A stretch of 64,000 bases of DNA, taken from NCBI GenBank assembly GCA_963765675.1, contig CAVXXK010000001.1, positions 2,376,613-2,440,612 on the forward strand, in the 5' to 3' direction. Both the position numbers and the translations under genes were made by a program. This document shows positions 57,664 to 64,000 of the stretch, in pieces. This stretch comes from an uncultured delta proteobacterium (GTDB taxonomy: Bacteria; Desulfobacterota; Binatia; Binatales; Binataceae). Every line of letters starts with the position of its first letter. The stretch's first letter is position 1. The notes beneath the pieces are model-generated. The model was not told the DNA's origin. It ran no database searches and saw nothing but the letters and a program-made list of their open reading frames with translations.

Positions 57664-59022
57664 ATGGCATCCAACGGCAAACTACCCTCTATCCGCACCT
57701 CGGTGCCCGGACCCAAATCGACCGAGATCTTTAACCAAGAGCAGCGCTATATCGCGCCGGGGCGTCAGCGAATTTCGCTGCTGGCCGGCGTTGCCTTCGA
57801 TCACGGCGACGGCGCCACGCTGACCGACGCCGACGGCAACACCTATGTCGACTTCTATGCCGGGGTCGCGGTTGCGAGCCTCGGGCACGGAAATCCGCGG
57901 CTGGCGCAGGCGCTTGCCAAACAGGCCGAGCGGCTGATCGTCGGAACATTTGCGACCAAGGAGCGCGCCGAAGCGTTTCGCCTGCTCTCGGAAGCTGGTC
58001 CGGGAAACCTGAAACAAGCGCATCTCTATAGCGGCGGTGCAGAGGCGGTCGAGGCTGCGCTCCGGCTTGCGCGTTCTGTCACCAAGAAGCATGAGGTGGT
58101 TGGTTTCTGGGGCGGCTTTCACGGCAAGACGATGGGCGTGCTCGGACTTATCGGCGACGAATCCAAGCAGGGCTATGGTCCGCTTCCGGGAGGCCGCTAC
58201 CAGGTGCCGTATGCCGATTGCTACCGATGTCCGCTGAAGCTCGAATATCCGTCATGCGGACTCGCGTGCGTGGATTTCGCGCGTCAGCAAATCAAGAATT
58301 CCTCGGCCGGCGACGTCGCTGCGATCCTGGTCGAGCCGATGCAGGGCACCGCCGGCAATGTGATTCCTCCCGACGATTGGCTGCCTGCGATCAAGTCTGT
58401 GGCGAAAGACCTGGGCGCGCTGCTGATTGCCGACGAGATGATCACCGGCTTCGGCCGCACTGGAAAGATGTGGGGCGTCGAGCATAGCGGCGTTGCGCCC
58501 GACGCGATCACGGTCGGTAAGGGGATGGGCTCGGGCTTTCCGGTTTCTGGCGTTCTGCTGAGCAAGGAAATTGGCACCGCGGAACCGTTCGGCAAGCCCA
58601 GCGCGTCGTCTTCGAGTTACGGCGGAAATCCGCTGGCCGCGGTCGCCGTGTCGGAGACGCTCAAGACTATCCGCGACGAAAAGCTGGTCGAAAATTCGCG
58701 CACCGTCGGCGCCTCGATACTCTCTCGCCTGCGCCAGCTTCAGGAGAAATACGAATTTATCGGCGACGTGCGCGGCAAGGGTCTGCTGATCGGTGTCGAG
58801 CTGGTGCGCGATCTGAAAACCAAAGAGCTGCTCGGAAAGAAAGTCACCGAATTTATTTTCAAAGAAACGCTGAAGCGCGGACTGGTGACGATGAGCTACT
58901 TTCCGCGCATCCGGATCAATCCGCCGCTCGTGATCACCGAGGCGCAGGCCGAAGCGGGCGTCGCGATTCTGGACGAAGTCTTCGCCGAGGTCCGCGATCA
59001 CATCGATTGGCGCGCCGCCTGA
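57664..59022 (+). CDS. Class III PLP-dependent aminotransferase
   Basis: DADGNTYVDF, SGGAEAVEAA, FHGKT, EPMQG, LIADEMITGFGRTG, VGKGMGSG, YGGNP, VRGKGL. Confidence 0.94.
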   Translation: MASNGKLPSIRTSVPGPKSTEIFNQEQRYIAPGRQRISLLAGVAFDHGDGATLTDADGNTYVDFYAGVAVASLGHGNPRLAQALAKQAERLIVGTFATKERAEAFRLLSEAGPGNLKQAHLYSGGAEAVEAALRLARSVTKKHEVVGFWGGFHGKTMGVLGLIGDESKQGYGPLPGGRYQVPYADCYRCPLKLEYPSCGLACVDFARQQIKNSSAGDVAAILVEPMQGTAGNVIPPDDWLPAIKSVAKDLGALLIADEMITGFGRTGKMWGVEHSGVAPDAITVGKGMGSGFPVSGVLLSKEIGTAEPFGKPSASSSSYGGNPLAAVAVSETLKTIRDEKLVENSRTVGASILSRLRQLQEKYEFIGDVRGKGLLIGVELVRDLKTKELLGKKVTEFIFKETLKRGLVTMSYFPRIRINPPLVITEAQAEAGVAILDEVFAEVRDHIDWRAA

Positions 59023-59031
59023 GAAGCCGCG

Positions 59032-59505
59032 ATGAACGAAAACGGCAATGCCGCGCTGTTCCTTGATCTCGGCGGCACCCTGGTTCGCCTCGACGAGTCG
59101 CGCGAACTTCCGATCGACGCGCACGGCAATATCGTCATCGATCTGCTGCCCGGCGTCGCGGAAAAGCTCGCCCCGATGCACGATCATCTGATTCTGGTCG
59201 TGACCAATCAGTCCAAGATCAAGCGCGGACGTTTTACGATGGCGTCATTCGAGCGTGCGATGGAGGAGCTCGACCGCAAGCTCGGCGATATCATTACCGG
59301 GTGGAAGGTCTGCCCGCACGACGACGCCGACAACTGCCAATGCCGCAAACCCAAGGGCGGCATGATCACCGAGCTGGCCGAGCTCTACGGCGTGGACCTG
59401 AAATCCTCGACGATGGTCGGCGATCAGGAGGTCGACGAGCAGGCCGGTCGCGCCGCCGGAGTAGGGCGCTTCGTCCACGCGAAAGATTTCTTCGGCTGGC
59501 CCTAG
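59032..59505 (+). CDS. HAD-IIIA hydrolase (GmhB/HisB-like)
   Basis: LFLDLGGTL, VVTNQS, CPH....CQCRKPKGGM, MVGDQEVD. Confidence 0.87.
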   Translation: MNENGNAALFLDLGGTLVRLDESRELPIDAHGNIVIDLLPGVAEKLAPMHDHLILVVTNQSKIKRGRFTMASFERAMEELDRKLGDIITGWKVCPHDDADNCQCRKPKGGMITELAELYGVDLKSSTMVGDQEVDEQAGRAAGVGRFVHAKDFFGWP

Positions 59506-59557
59506 CCGCTGGCAGAGTTCAGCCGTGCTCGGCTAAAAGGACAGGGACGTCTCTGAA

Positions 59558-59641
59558 GTGGCACCGGCTTTAGCCGGTGATTCTTCCAGGCAATGAACTG
59601 GACAATGCTCAGAATATAGTGGCGCGGGCGTCTCGCCCGTG
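59558..59641 (+). repeat. Two REP-like GTGG-headed palindromes
   Basis: GTGG-caccggctttagccggtg at 59558-59579 and GTGG-cgcgggcgtctcgcccgtg at 59619-59641. Confidence 0.6.
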
Positions 59642-59812
59642 GAAGTCGGATGCGCCGCAGGCGCGTCCCACCAATTGAGGTTCTCCGATCGTCGCCGGAT
59701 GCGTTGCCGGAATCTTCATCAACCCTTTCGATTCGCTGCCGTAACGAATTAGACTAGGCGCAGTTTCCGCGGCATCAATGGCAAACCGCGGGAACAATCA
59801 AAGGAGCGCGCC

Positions 59813-60664
59813 ATGAAGATCGGACTGCTCACTCCCTTCAGCGGACGTAATGGAAATCCGGGCGAGTTTGCGCGAATCGCGGAATCGCTCGGCTACGAAT
59901 CGGTCTGGATCCCGGAGCATCCGGCAGTGCCCGCGAATCCCACGACCAAGTTTCCCGCCGGCGGCGAGATTCCGCCGATCTATTTCTCGATGGGCGATCA
60001 GATCGTCGCGCTCAGCATGGCGGCGGCGACCACCAAATCGCTCAAGCTCGCAACCGGAATCTGCCTCGTGCCGGAACATAATCCGGTCGCACTTGCGAAC
60101 CAGGTCGCGACGCTCGACGCATTTTCCGGCGGCAGGGTTATTTTCGGAATCGGCGCGGGATGGCTGCGCGAGGAATGCGATCTCTTCGCGGTCGATTTTC
60201 CCAAACGATGGACGCAGACGCGCGAATATATCGCCGCGATGCGCGAGTTGTGGATTCACGACGAAGCCGCGTTCGACGGCAAGTACATCAAGTTTCCAGC
60301 GGTCAAGTGCTCCCCCAAGCCCGCGCAGAAAAATGGTCCGCCAGTCATTATCGGCAGCCTGGATAAGAACGCGCTCAAGCGGGTGGCGAAATGGGGCGAC
60401 GGATGGTGCCCGATCCGCGTGACGCCCGAGTTCATGAGCGAGAAGCTGGCCGAGCTGAAACGCGAATGCGCCGCCGCCGACCGTGATTTCGCGCGGCTCG
60501 ATATTACCGTCATGGGATTTGTCCAGGGCGATCGCGCCAAGGTGCAATCCGAGCTTGCGCGCTTTGCCGCGACCGGCGTCTCGCGCTTCGTCGTGGGACT
60601 GTCGGACTTCACCCCCGACACGATGCCGAAGATGCTCGAGCGAATCGCCGCCGCATACGTCTGA
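59813..60664 (+). CDS. LLM-class (probably F420-dependent) oxidoreductase
   Basis: AESLGYESVWIPEH, KLATGI, ATLDAFSGGRVIFGIGAGW..EE, PKPAQ, RVAKWGDGW. Confidence 0.92.
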   Translation: MKIGLLTPFSGRNGNPGEFARIAESLGYESVWIPEHPAVPANPTTKFPAGGEIPPIYFSMGDQIVALSMAAATTKSLKLATGICLVPEHNPVALANQVATLDAFSGGRVIFGIGAGWLREECDLFAVDFPKRWTQTREYIAAMRELWIHDEAAFDGKYIKFPAVKCSPKPAQKNGPPVIIGSLDKNALKRVAKWGDGWCPIRVTPEFMSEKLAELKRECAAADRDFARLDITVMGFVQGDRAKVQSELARFAATGVSRFVVGLSDFTPDTMPKMLERIAAAYV

Positions 60665-60679
60665 GCGCTCCGAACCGTC

Positions 60680-61915
60680 ATGGCCCTGTATGATGCGCAG
60701 CGGCATGAACCTCTAACCGGTGCGGAGTGGAACGAAGAGCGGACGCGAGCGGCGATCGAAAAAATCGTCGCCGACACTCACGACGCTTTCAGCCCTGCAG
60801 GCCTCTGGCCGCTGCATCCATTCGATCGCTCGCCAGAGAGGCCGCCGGATTCACTCAAGCCTCTCTATCACGGCGCCGCAGGCGTGATCTGGGCGTTGCT
60901 TCATCTCGAAGAAGCCGGCGCGGTAAAAGTTCGGCGTGATTATTTGCCTACGGTGCGCGAGCTGCGCCAGCGAAATCGCGACGACCTGCACAAATACGAA
61001 AGCGTGCGCAAGTACATGGGCGATGAACAGGCGTCTTACCTGGTCGGCGAAACCGGAATTCTTCTGCTCCAATGGAAGCTCGCGCCGTCGGCCGAACTCG
61101 AGGAACAGATCTACGCAGCGGTCGAAGCGAGGATCGGCGATCCGCGCGGACTCGTTTGGGGTGGTGCGGGCATGATGCTCGTTGCGCTCTTTATGCATGA
61201 GCGTACCGGCGATTCGCGCTGGCAGGGATTATTTCTGCGCCACTTCGACGCACTGTGGAATCAATGGGAGTATGCGGATGAACTTCGGTGCCGTGTGTGG
61301 ACCTCCGATCTCTATGGTGTAGCCGACAAGCGCATCGGCGCGCTTCACGGATTCTTTGCCGTCAGCTTTCCATTCCTTCGCGGGCATCACCTTCTGCCTG
61401 CTGACCGCCGGGACGAAGCGCTGCGGCGAATTCATGAGACGTTTCATGCGACCGCTCTTTGCGAAGGAAGCTACGCGAACTGGCCCAACGGTGCCGGGCC
61501 TGCGAGCGGGCGCGCGCCCATACCGTTGCTGGTCCAGCACTGCCTTGGCGCGCCCGGGATTGTCAGCTGCATGACGAATTTTCCGGACGATCGCCGATGG
61601 GAGATCGACACGATCTTGCTGCAAGCGGGGGAGCTGATCTGGCGCGCGGGACCGCCGGTCAAGTTTCCGAGCTTGTGTCATGGAGCCGCCGGCAGTGGCT
61701 ATGCATTTCTGAAGCTCTACGTGCGCACGGGCGAGAGCGTATGGCTGGAGAGGGCGCGCAGATTTGCGATGCACGCGATCGGGCAGTGCGAACGATCAAT
61801 TACGCAATACGGACAGCGCAAGTTTTCGCTCTGGACCGGAGACCTCGGTCTGGCGATCTTTCTTTGGAACTGCATAAAAGGAACTGCGATTTTTCCCACC
61901 CTCGACGTCTTCTAG
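60680..61915 (+). CDS. Stand-alone LanC-like (lanthionine synthetase C-like) protein
   Basis: LYHGAAG, GALHG, QHCLGAPG, SLCHGAAG, WLERARRFA, SLWTGDLG. Confidence 0.88.
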   Translation: MALYDAQRHEPLTGAEWNEERTRAAIEKIVADTHDAFSPAGLWPLHPFDRSPERPPDSLKPLYHGAAGVIWALLHLEEAGAVKVRRDYLPTVRELRQRNRDDLHKYESVRKYMGDEQASYLVGETGILLLQWKLAPSAELEEQIYAAVEARIGDPRGLVWGGAGMMLVALFMHERTGDSRWQGLFLRHFDALWNQWEYADELRCRVWTSDLYGVADKRIGALHGFFAVSFPFLRGHHLLPADRRDEALRRIHETFHATALCEGSYANWPNGAGPASGRAPIPLLVQHCLGAPGIVSCMTNFPDDRRWEIDTILLQAGELIWRAGPPVKFPSLCHGAAGSGYAFLKLYVRTGESVWLERARRFAMHAIGQCERSITQYGQRKFSLWTGDLGLAIFLWNCIKGTAIFPTLDVF

Positions 61916-61997
61916 TGCAGTGATCGGACGGCGGATGCAGCCGCGCGGCGGCATCTCCGATCTTCGACTATTCTCAAATCATCTAGTAGTTTTCCGG

Positions 61998-62013
61998 TGG
62001 CAGCGCTCTTGCT
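61998..62013 (+). promoter_or_regulatory. sigma54 (-24/-12) promoter
   Basis: TGGCA-gcgctc-TTGCT, i.e. GG-N10-GC, about 37 bp upstream of the ATG at 62050. Confidence 0.65.
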
Positions 62014-62049
62014 GTGGGTTCGATTGAGAACTCGCAGGGAGTGAGCGCT

Positions 62050-62298
62050 ATGATTTCTTCGATAATCGTCGGACTGGTTGCGGGATGGCTCGCGGGCAAG
62101 ATGATGCGTGGCGACGGGTATGGGTTCGTTTGCGATGTCCTGCTCGGGCTGGTGGGCGGCGTAATTGGCGGATGGATGTTCGGCGCATTCGGAATTCATG
62201 CGCATCACATGATCGGCGCGATTATCGTCGCGACGCTGGGCGCCTCGGCGCTGGTGTTTGCGGCGCGCGCCGCGACCGGCGAGCTCTTCGAGGACTGA
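62050..62298 (+). CDS. GlsB/YeaQ/YmgE (transglycosylase-associated) stress membrane protein
   Basis: IIVGLVAGWLAGKMMRG.GYG...LLGLVGGVIGGW...IIVATLGA. Confidence 0.92.
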   Translation: MISSIIVGLVAGWLAGKMMRGDGYGFVCDVLLGLVGGVIGGWMFGAFGIHAHHMIGAIIVATLGASALVFAARAATGELFED

Positions 62299-62405
62299 TC
62301 GCGCGGCAATCCGGGGAGACCATCTGCGGCGGCTTCCACGGATCTTCGGAATTTTGCGCGGCGACCCTCTCCCAAAGCGCGCGCGGAAGAAATAAAACCC
62401 TCGAT

Positions 62406-63429
62406 GTGAAGCTGCGCGGAGCAATCTCGGGTTTCGGCGAGGTCGCCGCGCGCGCGCATCTGCCCGGATGGCTGACGCGCGACGCGGTTAGTATCGGCGT
62501 CGTTCATGAACCGGTTTCGGCGCGTCGGCACGAGGCGATGCGGCTCATCAGGAATGTCCGCGTGTACGACGATCTGGAGTTAATGCTGGACGGCGAGTCG
62601 CCTGATTTCGTCGATATCGCAAGTCCGCCCGCGTATCACGCAGCGGCGGCGCGCGCGGCGCTCGAAGCTGATGCGCACGTGATCGTCGAAAAGCCGCTGT
62701 GCCTCGCGCTCGAAGAGTTTGATGCGATCGTCAGAGCTCGCGCGGCGAAAAAATCGCGTCCTGATGTGCGTGCATAACTGGAAGTACGCGCCGGCCTACG
62801 CGCTGGCGCGGCGCATGATCGATGAAGGAAAACTCGGTGCGCCGCGGTTTATCTCGCTCGATCGGATTCGCGCCGAACCCGCCGGCGCGCGGAGCGCTGG
62901 CGGAGCATGGCGCGCCGCGGCCGATTCCGGCGGGGGCATTTTGATTGATCACGGATGGCACGTCTTCTACCTGATGCAATGGCTATTCGGCGGCGATACT
63001 CCGAGCGGGATTTCCGCCTCGCTATCGGCGCCCACTTCCGGCGGCAGCGAAGACGTTGCGGACTTGCGCGTGACGTTTGCTTCGGGGCGCCTCGCCCGTG
63101 CGCATCTGTCGTGGCGCGGTCCGGCGCGCAGAACCTCAGCCATAATTTACGGCGAACTGGGGATGCTCGAGATCGAAGGTGATCGCGTGTCGTTCACCGA
63201 TCGCTCGGGGCGCATCGATGACCTTTCGGTAGCCGATATTCCCGACGACTCGTATCATTCAGCCTGGTTCGCCGGCATCGCGGAAGAGTTTGAGCGCGCG
63301 GTGCAAGCTGGTTCCGATTGCGCTGACGCTCGGGTAAATCTGGCCGAGGCACGCGCCGCGATAGCCATAACCGTCGCAGCGCGCGAATCGGCTCTGAACG
63401 GCGGGGCGACGATTCAAATTGCATTGTGA
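62406..63429 (+). CDS. Gfo/Idh/MocA family oxidoreductase, frameshifted near 62740
   Basis: GFGEVAARAHLP, DFVDIASPP..H, HVIVEKP; then VHNWKYAP, GGGILIDHGWH, SEDVA. Confidence 0.88.
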
Positions 63430-63507
63430 TCGCGGGTAGTGGCGGTACATGTAGGCGCTATTTAGCTCAATGTAGCACTATTGACGATATCGGCGAGAAT
63501 TTATTTC

Positions 63508-63580
63508 CTGACCGATCGGACTGGCGGTCTTGAATCTGGAAATTTCTGCCGCTAAGGTGTTTTCTTGACCGACAGGTTAG
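63508..63580. promoter_or_regulatory. Two putative TetR operators
   Basis: cTGACCGAtcggactg (63508) and tTGACCGAcaggttag (63565), imperfect palindromes upstream of tetR. Confidence 0.5.
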
Positions 63581-63653
63581 CGGACTCTGTGGTCCGATTA
63601 ACGTTCGCTAAGGATCAAGCGAGCGAAAAAGGGGCGAGCGCTTTCGTATCGAT

Positions 63654-64000
63654 ATGAGCTTATCTCAGGCAAGGGCGGGCGCGACCGAAATCCGCGCCGG
63701 ATCACAGGACTCGCGCGACGAAATCTTGAAGGCCGCGATGCATCTGTTTGCGAGCCGCGGATTTCACGAGACTTCGATGTCGGAAGTTGCGCGCGAGGCG
63801 CGAGTCAGCAAGGCGCTGATCTTCTGGCATTTCAAGACCAAGGAAGAGCTGTTCGTTGCGGTACTGAACCGCCTGCTCGAGCCCTACTTTATCGACTTCG
63901 CCGAAGAAGCGGGGGCGCTCGATGAACGCGCGCAGATCCAGAAGCTGGTCGAGTTCTACCTGCTGTTCGTGCGCGACAATGCGAGCTCGGTGCGGTTCTT
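63654..64000 (+). CDS. TetR/AcrR family regulator, partial
   Basis: Translated by hand: RDEILKAAMHLFASRGFHETSMSEVAREARVSKALIFWHFKTKEELF. Confidence 0.93.
   Translation, partial: MSLSQARAGATEIRAGSQDSRDEILKAAMHLFASRGFHETSMSEVAREARVSKALIFWHFKTKEELFVAVLNRLLEPYFIDFAEEAGALDERAQIQKLVEFYLLFVRDNASSVRF

Noticed and set aside
59775-59812. GGCAAACC resembling the start of a c-di-GMP-I riboswitch
   Set aside because: No GNRA-capped stem or second stem follows before the start codon.
60680-62298. Lanthipeptide biosynthetic cluster
   Set aside because: No dehydratase, Ser/Thr/Cys-rich precursor or exporter; the small downstream ORF is a GlsB-type membrane protein.
62740-62756. A6 run as a programmed frameshift site in the Gfo/Idh/MocA gene
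   Set aside because: No stimulatory structure is evident, recoding is not known for the family, and the many other indels point to assembly error.

Overview
GC-rich bacterial chromosomal DNA with no phage, integrase, transposase, rRNA, tRNA or CRISPR array visible. The gene content (many amidases and amidohydrolases, an F420-type LLM oxidoreductase, SnoaL proteins) resembles soil Candidatus Binatota, but this is inference only. In order, the window holds: a prkA-yeaH-spoVR operon split by palindromic repeats and an orphan nucleotidyltransferase; tandem amidases; an aldolase and PfkB kinase; an ECF sigma/anti-sigma/DUF3106 operon; hicBA; an amine/amide catabolic region with a copper amine oxidase; a MoxR-DUF58-SpoIIM-RDD module; a DksA/TraR paralog; and a putative polar-lipid or cyclitol biosynthetic cluster. 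The window ends with a stand-alone LanC-like gene and a partial TetR. Three observations stand out. (1) Two back-to-back promoters with the same GTAAACG-N16-CGTCCAA motif link the ECF operon to a divergent secreted His/Asn/Pro repeat protein. (2) The 52.4-59.5 kb cluster looks like an inositol-type phospholipid pathway with added amination and radical-SAM steps. (3) Two copies of a ~110-bp GTCATCC hairpin each lie, in the same relative orientation, upstream of an orphan toxin-antitoxin-type gene. About seven genes carry single-base frameshifts, probably long-read assembly errors. All functional calls come from motif recognition, not database searches.
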